From positions 806,001 to 870,000 of the forward strand of contig OX597832.1 in the NCBI GenBank assembly GCA_951406725.2: a stretch of 64,000 nt of DNA. The letters run 5' to 3'. Under the pieces are notes generated by a model that was not told the origin of the DNA, searched no databases, and saw only the letters and a program-made list of their open reading frames with translations. This document shows positions 13,570 to 26,694 of the stretch, in pieces (positions within the stretch are counted from its first letter, which is position 1; each line of letters opens with the position of its first letter). The position numbers and the translations under genes are program-made. This DNA is from Octopus vulgaris (Eukaryota).

Positions 13570-14748
13570 TGCCCGGCAATTTTTTCTGATAAAACCAAGA
13601 ACTTATACCTTGTAGACAACAGCACATACTCACAACTCCTACATAACAATGTTATTAGTAATTACACTAAAGCTAGGCTGCAAGTTTATAACATTAAAAA
13701 AGAAGCTAGTGTTGCCGCCGCTAGGTTTAAATTAGATTTTTAAAATAGCGATCCTTCCAAAAAAATGTGGCCTTTATAACTATTAAGGACCATAAAAAGA
13801 ACTTCCTATCTAATCCTAAATGCAGACTAATTAACCCTGCAAAATCAGAAATTGGTATAATTAGTAAATAATTTTTTAGTACAGTGGTCCAATAGTATAG
13901 AAGTTGTTAACAGGTTTAAAGCAATTAGAAATAAGACTAAAGCAATATTTGCACAATTTGATATTATAGATTTCTACGCATCTATTTCTAGAAAACTGCT
14001 AGATAAAGCCCTCACTTTCGCAAGCGATTTTACAGAGATTAGTGAACAAGATAAGGATATAATCCTCCATGCAAGAAAGACCTTACTCTTCAGCGAGAAC
14101 ACAGAGTGGTTCAAGACGGCAGATACATAGGGTTCTTTCGATGTGAGCATGGGGTCATATGATGGAACATGCATATGCAATCTCATTCGGCTATTCCTGC
14201 TTGACACGTTAGGAAAAGCTTTTCCTGGTGTATATTTCGCTATTTATAGGGACGATGTTCTAGTCTTGCTAAGAATACCAATGGACCAGCGCAAGATTGG
14301 TTAAGGAAGGATATTATCCATGTTGTCAATTTCCTTGACGTATCTCTAGATTTACAAAAGAATATTTACAAACCCTATAGAAAGCCCAACGATAGACTTA
14401 GTTATACTAATGTAGGTTCCTGCCACCCGCCATAGTGTTTAAGAATTTAGTTAAGAGTATTAGTAGGAGAATTTCTGGCTTCTCCGCCAATATAAATATA
14501 TTTAATAATGCTGCCCCACAATATAACAATGCCCTTAAAGATAGTAGATTTACACACCTACTATTAAGCCAGAAATAAAGACAAGAAAGCATAGACACAA
14601 GAAGATTATCTGGTTCACACACACCCGAAGTGACCATTAATATAGTAAATATTTCTTGTCACTTATAGATAGACATTTTCCAATATATCACAAATATAGA
14701 AAACTCTTAATAGGCATAACCTAAAAATTAGTTTTAGTTCAGCCCCAA
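13570..14748 (+). mobile_element. Old Hydra-like PLE, RT part (pseudogenised)
   Basis: Translates with breaks to [67 protein letters not shown]. Confidence 0.8.
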
Positions 14749-14749
14749 A

Positions 14750-17425
14750 CTGACGTTCCTTGAGCTGTCTCCGCTTTTCTTCGCGAAGTTTAGTCCGCTC
14801 ATCCTCAAAATGCTGCGTACCAGTTTTGACCATACTCCTCCATGTAGTACGGTCTGTGGCCAGTGTTTCAAGTTCACCAGGGTGGATGTTGCAGAGCTTC
14901 AGGGATTTCTTGAGATGATCTTTATATCGCTTCTTTGGACCTCTGTGCGGTCGGTTACCCTCTGCTAACTCCCCCAAAAGGACAATCTTGGGTATACGGT
15001 TTTCCGGTATCCTGATAACATGCCCCACCCAGCGCAGTTGACGTTCGAGGATTATGCATTCGATGCCGGTCAATTTCGCTCGTCTCAAGATCTCCGTATG
15101 TGGGATCTTGTCCTTCCAAGTCAGATGAAGAATGCGCTGGAGGCAGCGTATATGAAAGGATTCGAGGAGTTTGACATGACGACGATAAAGTTTCCGGGTT
15201 TCTGAGGAATACAGAAGCATGGAAACCACAATAAACCCTGATTTTCGTGGAGAGATTTAGATCACTATTAAGAAGACTCTATCCTTGAGACGTTCAAAAG
15301 CGGAGGAGGCAAGGTGGATGCGATTCTGAATTTCGTGGTCAATGACCCCATTGCTTGAGATGATGCTACCCAAATAGGTGAATTTCTCAGTGCTCATTAG
15401 CTGGTTGTCTTGCATCGAAAGAATCACAGGAAGTGAACCATTTTTGGAGTGTTGAAGGATCTCTGTTTTTTTTGTGTTGACCTGGAGTCCAGCCCGACGA
15501 TCTTCAGACGGCAACACTCTCTACAAGGAAAAGCCCCAGATCCGTGACAGATGCTTCCCAAATAGGTTCTCCTGAAGGCTGGCTGGTTCGTGGGCGAGAG
15601 CATTGCAGTCATCGGAATACTGTAATTCAAAGAGAGTGGTGGACTGAGTCGTTGTTAGTGAGTTTAGTCTCCTCAAGGTGAAGAGACTGCCATCAAGGCA
15701 ATATCGAATTGGGATACCATCTTCGGGGTTGAGGTCGTAGCGAGATAGCAAGGTCATAGCCACAAGGAACACATTGAAGAGGATAGGGGCCAGAACACAG
15801 CCTTGTTTAACACCGACTTGAACGTTGAAGTAGTCAGACTGACCACCACCCAATGTCACACGTGTTTGCATGCCATCATGGAACTGGCGTAGCGTAGCAA
15901 GAAGCTCCGGAGGGCATCCATACCTCTGCAGGACATTCCATAGTAGTGGGCGGCTAGTAGTATCAAAAGCCTTAGATAGGTCAATGAAGGCAAACGAAGT
16001 ATCACGCTGTTGTTCTCGGCACTTCTGTAACAGGGGGCGGGAGACGAAGACCATGTAGATAGTGCTACGGTTAGTTCTAAAACCGCATTGAGACGCTGGG
16101 AGGATTCCTTCAACGAAATGGCCAAGAAGTTGAGAGAGCAGGACGCGTGTCAAGATCTTTCCTGCAACATCCAGGAGTGAAATACCTCTGCTGTTGTTAC
16201 AGTCTGAGCGATCTCCCTTCTTCTTGAAGATGGGTGATTATATCTGCGTGTTTCCAGCGTTGAGGGATCAAGACACTTTTCCAACAGTAGAGAATAATCT
16301 AATGAAGACGCTGGACAAGAGTAGGACCACTATATTTATAGATTCCCCCCGACACACCATTTGACCCAGGTGATTTCTTGTTTTTTAAGTAGGAGAGAGC
16401 TGTACGAATTTCCATGAGCGAGGGTTCCGTATCCATCTCAGAGAAAGGAGGGAGATGAGGGAGTTCATCAATCAGTGTGGTGTCTGCAGGATTTATCTTG
16501 TTCAACAAGGAGTTGAAGTGTTCTGCCCCCCTGTCACAAATAATCTGGGTCTTTTTCTTCTAGAGAGTGTTGCTGTCTGAAGATCGTATCGGATTGATAT
16601 GATTGGAGGACGGACCGTACATGGATTTGGTTGCAGTGTAGATCTCGGGGATTTTATTTTCATCTGCAAAACGTTGAGTTTCTGCAGCTTTGTTCTTCCA
16701 CCAAGTGTTCTGAATCTGCTTAAGTCTGCTCTGGCATTCCGAGCAAAGATCATTCCAATTCTAGAGGTATGCGTTGGACCTGCTCAAGAGGTAGGCATCA
16801 TGAGCTCAGTTTTTTACTTCTGAGAAGAGGGAGGATCTCATCAGCAGATTCATGCAACTGAGGAGATCAGGGAGATACGTTTGTCCCATATATCATCTAG
16901 CTCCTCTTGGTTTACCGAGGTAGGATTGGGGAGTGGGAGAGTTTCTAATTTGATGGCAAGCTGCTCTTGAAAGAGGCTACAATTCTCAGGATCATACAGT
17001 TTCGTATCATACAGAGAATCATAGAAGGCATCTTTTATCTCTTTATCAGAGTCGAGAGTTGGTCCATAAACGCTGAGAATTGTCAGAAAACGTTTGTTCG
17101 AAAGTGGGATTTTGATTGTCATCAGGCACTCGCAGATACAGGAGGGTACTCTATGAATTTTCTGCAATAGTTTGTTCTTAATTGCGAAACCAGCCCCATG
17201 CAAACGGGGTATCCTTTCCAGAAGATGTATCCACCAGCTTCTTCAGTGAGGGAACCCTCATCGAAGAAACTAGTCTCACTGAGTGCAGCAATGTCGACGT
17301 TGAAGCACTTGAGTTCGATGGCTACAATAGCAGTGCGCCGCGGGGGTCATCGAGTGTCCGGCTCATCATGTGAAACGTCATCAAAGATGGTGCGAACATT
17401 CTAACATGCAACACTAAAGGGAGCG
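14750..17425 (-). mobile_element. RTE-clade (BovB-like) LINE, degraded
   Basis: APE fragments (GAGFAIKN, SVYGPT); RT (QCGFR, FIDLSKAFD, GVKQGCVLAPILF, QYSDD, FTYLGS); C-terminal QLRWVGHVIR. Confidence 0.92.
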
Positions 17426-17429
17426 TGTA

Positions 17430-17602
17430 TGACCGAGGCCATTATTTATGAAGCCGCCGTAAATTCTACAGTTTCATCAAAGATATATGTGGGTCTCAGA
17501 GGAAAATTACAATACAAGGTTCAACAATCACAACTTAAGCTTCAGACACTGGAATAAACGAAAAACTACCAGAAACTAGACAGAAACTTAAAGAAATCAA
17601 TC
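17430..17602 (+). mobile_element. GIY-YIG N-terminal fragment, continuation of the 13570 PLE
   Basis: IIYEAAVNSTVSSKIYVGL...TRFNNHNLSFRH. Confidence 0.65.
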
Positions 17603-17640
<38 letters not shown>

Positions 17641-17648
<8 letters not shown>

Positions 17649-17787
17649 ATTAGGGCTTAGTAAAATAAATTACTTTGCCACATACTGAACTTAGTAGAAA
17701 TAGCAGCCAAAAAAAAAAAATTTTCTTAGCATTTCTACTACTTAAAGAAAATTTCTCTCAGATTTTACTAAGCCCTAATTATATAAT
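17641..17787. repeat. Short foldback plus tail between (TA)n tracts
   Basis: attatataattagggcttagtaaaat / attttactaagccctaattatataat. Confidence 0.8.
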
Positions 17788-17921
17788 GTAATATTTTGAA
17801 TTCGCCTTAAATGGTCCTTTTACATACTGAACACTTGGTGAAATTGATTAATTAATTAATTTTACCTTCAATTGTTGATATATATATATATATACTTTAT
17901 TTAAAGCAGCAGAAAATTCAA

Positions 17922-17971
17922 CAAAATCTGTTACTCTGAGTTTCTCGTTGCCGTTCATCAGACAGTTTTTG
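17922..17971 (-). ncRNA. Minimal type I hammerhead ribozyme
   Basis: CAAAAACUGU-CUGAUGA-(A)CG GCAA CG(A)-GAAA-CUCAGAG-UA-ACAGAUUUUG; same sense as the PLE ORF. Confidence 0.8.
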
Positions 17972-19567
17972 CTAGAATGGAACCGATATATCAATTCAAT
18001 CTAGACTCTTACAAACGCTACACCTTTAAAAAGAAATGGACTTGTTTGATTGGCCCTTTAGGAAAAACGGTCAATCTTCGAGCGATAAACAAAAAGGTCA
18101 AAAATATATGTATATATATATAAAAACTTATAAAAATTATAAAATTCGAGGAAAAAACCTTACATTGAATAAAATACATATTGACATTAATGAAGAAAGT
18201 ATAATTAAAGCTTAGAAATTAAATCTATTATAAATATTACACTGCAATACATATTTATGTTAACGTGTACATATATATATCAACATACACAGAAGGATGC
18301 GTGCCAACGCCATACATATACAGACGTATAAATATAAATCTGAAATATACACATAAATGCATGCGTACATATATTTACGCAATCCGTCTCGCACGCAATT
18401 TAAAATCATCTATGTAGCGATTCTCATATACTGAGTAAGGGGGGACGAAAGAAAGGAAGAGAGAGAAAAAGGAACGAAGAAGGGGGAAGGAAAAAAGAAA
18501 AAAGAAAAAGGAGGGGTGGGGAAAAAAACGAAATAAGAAAAAAGAAAAATTATGTATACAAGCTATGTAACGGCATTATTGACATGTATGGAGACATGTA
18601 TACAAATACACAAGCTCGAATGGATACATACACATACAGTCGTGTATATGTGTGCTTAAGCACAAACATACGTCCACTTACACATACACAGATACGCATG
18701 CTTACAAATACATATCCATGGCTATACACATATATAAAAATTCTAATTTTTGACAACATTGCTTTTTTTTAAAGAAATGGGTGCAATAATAAAAAATATA
18801 TACGAAAGATATATAAAAATAAAATATAACACCCTATTTTGGATCATCTATAAAAAATCAAGGTAATCCTATACCATATAATAATTTGAAATAAACAAAT
18901 TCGAAGGTTTTTCCTAATGTATATGTCGAAACATAAGACTATACGGATTAAAATCTGTATAACGCGGAACAAAATCCATCGTAGCGCTCACTGCTCAAGA
19001 GCCAAAATCAAAATTTCAAAAATCAAAAATACAAAATATATACTCTATCCATATGGTATATTTATATTCGACATTTTAAATTTAGCCGCGTGCCTACATA
19101 AGTTCATTAGCTCACTTCTTTGATTCAAAGAATTATTGTCTTTGAATAAAATGTACATTTTTTTCTAATAAGCAAAGTTTGCACTTGAAATTATTTTTGT
19201 ATGCTCCATGCCTGTATGGTGCCGCCCTGTCCAGAATGCTCCATGTCACGTTGAAAGGTGGGGCTTCCTTTTCTTTTAGTTCCCAGACATATTTTGCTAG
19301 GCTGGTCCTCTTCCTATTCTCTGGGTATTTAAATGAATTTTTATGAGAATAAAATCTTGTTTTAAATGAATTTTCTGAAGCCCCTGTGTATGTCTTGTAT
19401 TCCGATGAGCCTTCTACTTGCACCTTGGCTCTATAAACTACTCCTTTCACAAGACATTTCCCTTCTAACGGACAGGAGCTTTCGTTTTTGAAATTGCATT
19501 TCTTAATGGGCTCGGCACCATGTCTAATCTCAATTAGCTTCCTATTATGCTGGCTAATGTAAGAGGC

Positions 19568-20470
19568 GAAGTTTCTGCAACAAGAATAGCTAACCTTCAG
19601 GGTTCTTCTATTAAATATCCTATAGAATGTATGACCCTGCTTAAAATGCTTAGAGACTAATCTCAAAAATTCCTTACCTATATTAGTCTTTACGGCCAAA
19701 TTGAAAGCCGGGTTGAACCACAAGACTTTCCTGGTCCTAGTTCTTCGTGCAGCATTATTATCAGCATTAAGCTGGTTGTACTGGATCTTCTCAGAGAATC
19801 CACTATTCTTTAATGCGCTATCGTAATAAGGTGCAGCATTATGGAATGCTGCCTCGTCCGAAGAAATTGAAGTTTCTGCAACAAGAATAGCTAACCTTCA
19901 GGGTTCTTCTATTAAATATCCTATAGAATTTATGACCCTGCTTAAAATGCTTAGAGACTAATCTCAAAAATTCCTTACCTATATTAGTCTTTACGGCCAA
20001 ATTGAAAGCCGGGTTGAACCACAAGACTTTCCTGGTCCTAGTTCTTCGTGCAGCATTATTATCAGCATTAAGCTGGTTGTACTGGATCTTCTCAGAGAAT
20101 CCACTATTCTTTAATGCGCTATCGTAATAAGGTGCAGCATTATGGAATGCTGCCTCGTCCGAAGAAATTGAAGTTTCTGCAACAAGAATAGCTAACCTTC
20201 AGGGTTCTTCTATTAAATATCCTATAGAATTTATGACCCTGCTTAAAATGCTTAGAGACTAATCTCAAAAATTCCTTACCTATATTAGTCTTTACGGCCA
20301 AATTGAAAGCCGGGTTGAACTACAAGACTTTCCTGGTCCTAGTTCTTCGTGCAGCATTATTATCAGCATTAAGCTGGTTGTACTGGATCTTCTCAGAGAA
20401 TCCACTATTCTTTAATGCGCTATCGTAATAAGGTGCAGCATTATGGAATGCTGCCTCGTCCGAAGAAATT
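19568..20470. repeat. Tandem triplication of a 301-bp PLE segment
   Basis: gaagtttctgcaacaagaatag begins at 19568, 19869 and 20170. Confidence 0.95.
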
Positions 20471-21327
20471 GAAGATATTCTTCTACCTACATTGCTGACT
20501 AAGTTCCTAAGGATAACTGGTGGATGGTTCGAATCTTTGCTAATATACGATAGCTTTTCATTGGGCTTACGGAAAGGTTTAAATCTATCCGACCTTACAT
20601 TAAAATTTACGTCTAAAAAATCTACACTATTCAGGTTAGCATCTATCGTAACCCGTAAGCCCATCCTTTGAAAGAAAGCAATGAGGTCCTTCCTAAGTCT
20701 ATCTGATTCATGGCCGTTTAGATTATGCGTGGCTATAAGGCCGTCATCCCTATATAAACCTGCATCTATAAATGGGAATTCTATTTTTAGATTATGGAGA
20801 ATAAAGGCTCCTATGAGCATGCATAACTCAGCCCCGTCGTATGCCCCCATCGGTACATCGAAAAGAGAATCCTCAGTCTTCTTAATCCAGGTAGAATCCT
20901 CGAAAAAAAGAAGCGATTTCCTCGCATGCATAATAATATCAATTTCCGAGCTATCGATGTTGACATACTGCTTGGCGAAGTCCAATGCCCTTAGGAGCAA
21001 CGTCCTAGATATTGACGGGTAAAAGTCAATAATGTCGAATTGTGTGAAACTACAATTATTCTTATAGCTAATACCTTTAAACCACTCTATGACCGACTTA
21101 CTATTCTTCCAAATTCTCAAGTCTACTTCACTATCTAACTTAACTAAAATACGGTCCAAAATATTTTTGCTAATAATTCCTATCTCAGTTTTAGCCGGAT
21201 TTATCAATCTACATTTGGGGTTTCTACTAAAATTGGCTTTATGGTCTTTCAGAGTAATAAAAGATGGTCGTGGTGAAAGATATTCAATCCTATCGCTAAT
21301 CTTAAGATCGTTAGCTATTCCTCTTGC

Positions 21328-21409
<82 letters not shown>

Positions 21410-21429
21410 ATATTTAAGTGTATGAGTGT

Positions 21430-21560
21430 GACTTTGTTTTTGTTTCACCATCATCACTGCTTCACAACTGCTGTTCGTTTATTTACATCCCCGTAACTTA
21501 CTGGTTTCACAAGAAGAAACTAATAGAATAAGTACCAGGCTTATCAACATAAAAAGCACT
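21430..21560 (+). mobile_element. SINE-type interspersed repeat fragment
   Basis: ttacatccccgtaactta...gaataagtacc is similar to 24590-24685. Confidence 0.5.
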
Positions 21561-21645
21561 AGGCTGTGTCTCATATTTTTTTTTGCCCACTCAGTTGTAT
21601 CTATCAATTTATCTTTGTGTGTGTGTGTATATATATATATAATAA

Positions 21646-21705
<60 letters not shown>

Positions 21706-21719
21706 ATGTGTACATTCAT

Positions 21720-23302
21720 GTTTATTATATCAAAGACAATGTCTTTATGTGTTCGTGTATTACTTATACATGCGAAAACTGCTGCACCGATCATAATGAA
21801 ATTTGGAACACAAAATCGAAGCCTAGGGAGAAGGGTAATGCTGTGTGTTTCATCGACCAAAATTACTGATTGTATCCTTATGATATTTGAAATTTAGATT
21901 CAATGCATAGGGGCGCGTATAATGCAATATGTTTGGTTTGAATTTCAGATGGCTTAAAGGGGGCAAAACACCCCATGAAAATTCATAAATTTTCGATGTT
22001 GATGAAATTTCAACCATGGGTAATTGACACACATCAAGAAGTATACTCAAAGTTTCCACTTCATATGAAGATTCTAAGACACCCTAATGGGGGCCTTAAC
22101 TCCCAAATTTTAGTCATTTATGATCCAAAACTAAGTCAAAAGTACTGAATGGATCTTTACGAAATTTGGAAATTATATTCTATGCATAAGGGCCACAACC
22201 CCCATGACAATTCATACATTTTTGCTATTGATGAAATTTTAACCATAGATATAAATGAAGTAATATTTATAAAATTTCATCTTCTTACAAGTTAGAAAGA
22301 CCCCGCCATGGGGACTTAACACCCACAATTTTGTCATTTTATCTAAGCAAAGACTCTTGGAAGCTGTGGGGTCATCCGAGCATAGAAGATGAGCATTATT
22401 TGTAATTCAATGGTACAACAGTGTAACAGTTTGCTTTGACATACACTTAGATTGTGATTTCTGCAATGTGCTGCATAAATTGTCAAGTAAATGAGAGGCA
22501 TCTTTGTCTCCACTGATTCAGTTGCAAAGTGTTGAGTAAAGTTATTTGATTGTAGATTTCCTTTCAGTCTTTTTATTATCACTAGATCACACATAGTCCC
22601 CACATGGTAACATGAGTGACTGGTTATTCAAAGACATTTATAGATTGTATATTTATTCTGTCCAGTTACGTATCAGTTTAGTGGTCATTTGCAAACTCCA
22701 ACTTTCATTTCTCCTTAGCCCTCACGTCACACAGTTGTTAATGTTTATTTCAGTTAGGTCACGCCCTTTCAATTGCTATAGATTCGTAATGCATCTTACG
22801 GCTGTGCCTGTCACCTGCATGGTGAGGAATACTACATTGGGAGTGGTAATGAATAGGGTACTGTAGCTGACTGCTTATTGTGATCATTCGTCTTTTGGTT
22901 TCCTGTAGCTTTGCTCTCTTTTACAAACCTAGTGAACATATATTTCCTATTTCAAAGAAATTCAAACAATAGATATAAGACCCAAGTCAAAAAGATTCTC
23001 AACAATTCAACTTCTCTGGTTGACATTAAGATAGAGCAGTTAACTCTCACATTTTAGAGCTCCATGACCTCCATTTTACAGGAGCAAAATCCTTTTAACA
23101 GGTTCAATAAGACTGGAATTTTGGAATATGCGCATAAAAATCAGTAGTACGGGATACATGTGGCGCGATTACAATTTTGTTTGGGTGTGTAAGTTTGATG
23201 AAATTCGAAACATAGGTATTCCAGTTCATTACAGAAAATATAACAGAAAAGTCTAATTCATCAATTGTATGTAACACGGGCCACGCCGGGTAACTCTGCT
23301 AG
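21720..23302 (+). mobile_element. Non-autonomous Helitron-like element
   Basis: 3' end cgggccacgccggg (imperfect GC-rich hairpin) then CTAG|T; repeated tgaaatttgg-like motifs; internal duplication at about 21965 and 22195. Confidence 0.65.
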
Positions 23303-23304
23303 TC

Positions 23305-23560
23305 CAGTTATAAATGGTTCTTAAAAGAACAAGGTGTCAACTACAGGATTTACTGGAAGATCTTAGCCAAGTGTAAACCTTATAACAACGTAGTGGCAAG
23401 TGTGGTCTTTGTAATATGGAAAGATGGCTCATCTGGAAAAGTTCCTTGGCCCCGCTACATGTCTAAATTCAAGAACAGAATCTTTTGAATCTTGTCCATG
23501 TGACAAAATACCTGTTACGGTTTTGGGCCCTTCAAGATTACGGCTATAATCCACATTTTT
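23305..23560 (+). mobile_element. GIY-YIG C-terminal fragment of a Hydra-like PLE
   Basis: LKEQGVNYRIYWKILAKCKPYN...KCGLCNMERWLIWK...CLNSRTE. Confidence 0.7.
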
Positions 23561-23801
23561 ACTATGTTCCTGCACAAGCTTCCCTTTTGTCTTAACTTCC
23601 ATTCATTTTTATTCTTTATTTTTTATATATATTTTTCATTTTTTCTTTTAAATTGTAGTAATGTGCACATGTGTGTATATGAGTGTAAGACTGTGTCCGG
23701 TGCATATGTGCGAGTTTCATGGACACAGCCCCTTCATGTATACGGATATACATGTTTGTATAAGTGCGGGTGTAGGTGTGTAATAAGAGCGTGCATATGT
23801 A

Positions 23802-23855
<54 letters not shown>

Positions 23856-24058
23856 AAGGTTTGGAAATGATGTACGGGTATTTTATATTAGAAGAAATGA
23901 GGTACTCAGAAATTCGGATGGTTTTATATTTACAGATATTTATTTGTATATTACATGTTTTTATACATCATATAACTTATATCATATATATATAGCGCTT
24001 TCGTCCATTCTGGGGGATTTTTCAAATTGGACTATATATATATGTGTGTGTATACATG

Positions 24059-24089
<31 letters not shown>

Positions 24090-24111
24090 GTTTTTGTTTT
24101 TTTTTTTTGTT

Positions 24112-24320
24112 TTTCCAGTTTCAGCTCTTGAGCTGTGGCCATGCTGGGGCACCGCCATTGTGGTGAAAGAGTACAGCAGGGATCACCACCCCCTGCCGGA
24201 GCCTCGTAGAGCTTTTAGGTGTTTTCGCTCAATAAACACACACAACGCCCGGTCTGAGAATCGAAACCGCGATCCTGCGACCGCGAGTCCGCTGCCCTAA
24301 CCACTAGGCCATTGCACCTC
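24112..24320 (-). mobile_element. tRNA-derived SINE with a CR1-like 3' tail
   Basis: Box A tggcctagtggttagg, box B ggtttcgattctc; the tail matches the adjacent LINE 3' end. Confidence 0.85.
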
Positions 24321-24321
24321 T

Positions 24322-24399
<78 letters not shown>

Positions 24400-24402
<3 letters not shown>

Positions 24403-24700
24403 TGGCAGGGTGGCTGTGGTATATATGCTATATCCACTGCGTGGCATCTGTATATATACATATAGCCCCGGGCCGACCAATGCCTTGTGAGTGGATTTGG
24501 TAGACAGAAACTGAAAGAAGCCTGTCGTATATATGTATATATATGTATATGTATGTGTGTGTATGTGTGTCCGTGTTTGCCCCCCTAGCATTGCTTGACA
24601 ACCGATGCTGGTGTGTTTACGTCCCCGTCACTTAGCGGTAAAGAGACCGATATAAGTATACAAAGAATAAGTTCCGGGTCGATTTGGCGATCAGGCGGTG
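24400..24700 (+). mobile_element. Fragmented SINE-type repeat(s)
   Basis: Remnant head ggcagggtggctgtggt; body gccttgtgagtggatttggtagac...ttgacaaccgatgctggtgtgtttacgtccccg, related to 21430-21560. Confidence 0.55.
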
Positions 24701-25050
24701 CATATACATATATATAAAGAGTAAAAGTATATACATATATATATATATGTATATATACATATACATATATATATGTATATGTACATATACATATATATAT
24801 ATATATATACATATATATATTTTTTGCTTGTTTCTGCTTAGACTTGCGGCCATGCTGATGCACCGCCGTTTTGTGCTACACTGTTATTACGAAGAACCTC
24901 CTCTAATATGTGGCACTTGGTTAAGAATGGAGTTTGACATAGCTACTCTCATTTGCACCTCTTGCCGTGAGGTAGGTTCATCTGGGACTCTCGACAGGAA
25001 GATGTCCAGCTTTGATTTAAAAACTGCTACATCTACTTTGAGCAAGTTCC

Positions 25051-26694
25051 TCAGACTCTTTGGGAGAATGTTAAAAACCTGTGGGCCCTTGAAACCCAGG
25101 CTGTTGCAGAAGCTGGTCCTGAAGGTGGTGGCATTGCTGGGATCTTTGGCACTATGCAGTGTCGTCCCGTTCTAGCATTGGTGTAGCTTACAATGCCAAA
25201 ATTTGGCACAATTCCTTCCAGGATCTTCCAGACATATATTACTGCATACCTCTCCCGTCTTCTCTCTAGGGAGTAGAGTCTTAGCTGTTTCAACCTTTCC
25301 CAGTAGCTGAGCTGTTGCAAAGAGACGATCTTCTTTGTGAATCTTCTCTGGATTGCTTCTAGGTCCGCTGTTAATTTTACACTGGTGGGTGACCATAGCT
25401 GAGAGCAGTAATCCAGGCGGCTGAGGACGAATGTCCGCCAGAGGACCATCATGGTTTCTTTATCTCTGGTTCTGAATGTTCTTAGGATCCACCCAGCCAG
25501 TTGTCTGCACTTTGTCGCCATCCTGGTAATGTGCACTTGGAAAGAGGTATCATCACTCATGTCGATACCCAGGTCCCTCACAGACTTAGGCTCTGGGATT
25601 GAAATTCCCTGTTGACCGGTGTATCCTGTAAGTTTAATATTTAGTTTTGGATGCTGGTAGCGCAGGGCCTGGAATTTTTCAGCATTGAACTGCATATTAT
25701 TATCCTCAGCCCATCTGTAGACTGAGTCCAACTCCTGCTGCAGGTGTGCAACATCGCTGGGGTTTTGCATTTTCTGCGAGACTTTCGTATCGTATGCATA
25801 GCTGGCCAGAGTGGTTATCCGGGCATTTGAGGGCATATCTGAGAGGGCCACTATAAAAAGTAGTGTTCCCAAGACAGTGCCCTGTGGAACACCGCTCACT
25901 ATTTGTGTGTTCATAGAGGTGGCTCCATTAACCACTACTGCCTGACTCCTATCTTTCAGGAAGTCATGTAACCACACTCCAAGTTTTCCAGCTATGCCGA
26001 GGTCACGCAGTTTGTGGTATATCATACCATGATCCACCTTGTCAAAAGCTTTTGCAAAATCAAGGTAGATTACGTTCACATTTGATTTGTTGAGTAACAA
26101 CACCCAGTCATAATGTTGTAAGAGCTGGGTCAGGCAGCTCCTACCTGGTCGAAAACCATGCTGGGTATCACTCAGCAAGTTATTTTCCTCAAGGCATGCG
26201 ATTAGTTTCTTTCTGACTATCCGTTCCGTGACTTTGCTGATGTGTGAAGTCAGAGAGATAGGCCTATAGTTTTTGGCATCTGCTCTACTTCCCCCTTTAT
26301 GTATTTGGCATACTATTCCCTCCTTTAGCTTGCTTGGCAGTTTGCCATTCGCAAGAAAGCTCTGGAAGAGAATCTTGAGGGATTTTGCCAGGGCATGCTT
26401 ACACGCTTTGAGGAGGATTGCTGGGAAACCATCTGGGCCAGCAGTTGAGTTTGTGTCCACTTCATCTTTGGCTAGTAGGACATCTTCTTCGCTAATGTCA
26501 ATACATTCTATTGTAACCGCTTCGCTGGTTATAGGTGAGGCTGCAAAGAAGTCCACTGGTTCGTTCACTTGTCTGTGTTCCAATGGGGTGGTAAATACAC
26601 TTTTGAACTGGTCATTCAGCATCTCACTGATCTTAGTTGGACTGTCTGTGAAGGAGCCATCCTTTTGGAGGAGGGGTCCTATCTTGTAGAGCAC
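25051..26694 (-). pseudogene. LINE ORF2 reverse-transcriptase part
   Basis: RT motifs present; YADD reads YAYD; frameshifted from the upstream APE ORF. Confidence 0.9.

Larger units (their letters stand above)
11180..13575 (-). mobile_element. Decayed LINE ORF1-like relic (possibly L1/Tx1), interrupted by a foldback element
   Basis: Fragments NIDLMKLSDGTNLHVAVEGRKPR and SDEGDTEEWHVATGGRRKR; general resemblance to the 44460-45200 region. Weak. Confidence 0.35.
17895..21330 (-). mobile_element. Hydra-like PLE (RT plus C-terminal GIY-YIG), 5'-truncated, between (TA)n tracts
   Basis: ORF 20320..21207 (FTQFDIIDFYPSI, MGAYDG, LYRDDGL) and ORF 19133..19723 (CNFKNESSCPLEGKC, VVYRA..TYTG..FKTRFYSH); HHR in the 3' region. 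Confidence 0.92.

Noticed and set aside
19568-20470. CRISPR-like or satellite array
   Set aside because: No spacers; the units are PLE coding sequence in a eukaryotic context.
23990-24027. Minus-strand UUGAAAA...GGAC-GAAA-GCGC-UA motif
   Set aside because: Palindromic helix III is suggestive, but the core and helix I are too decayed to call.
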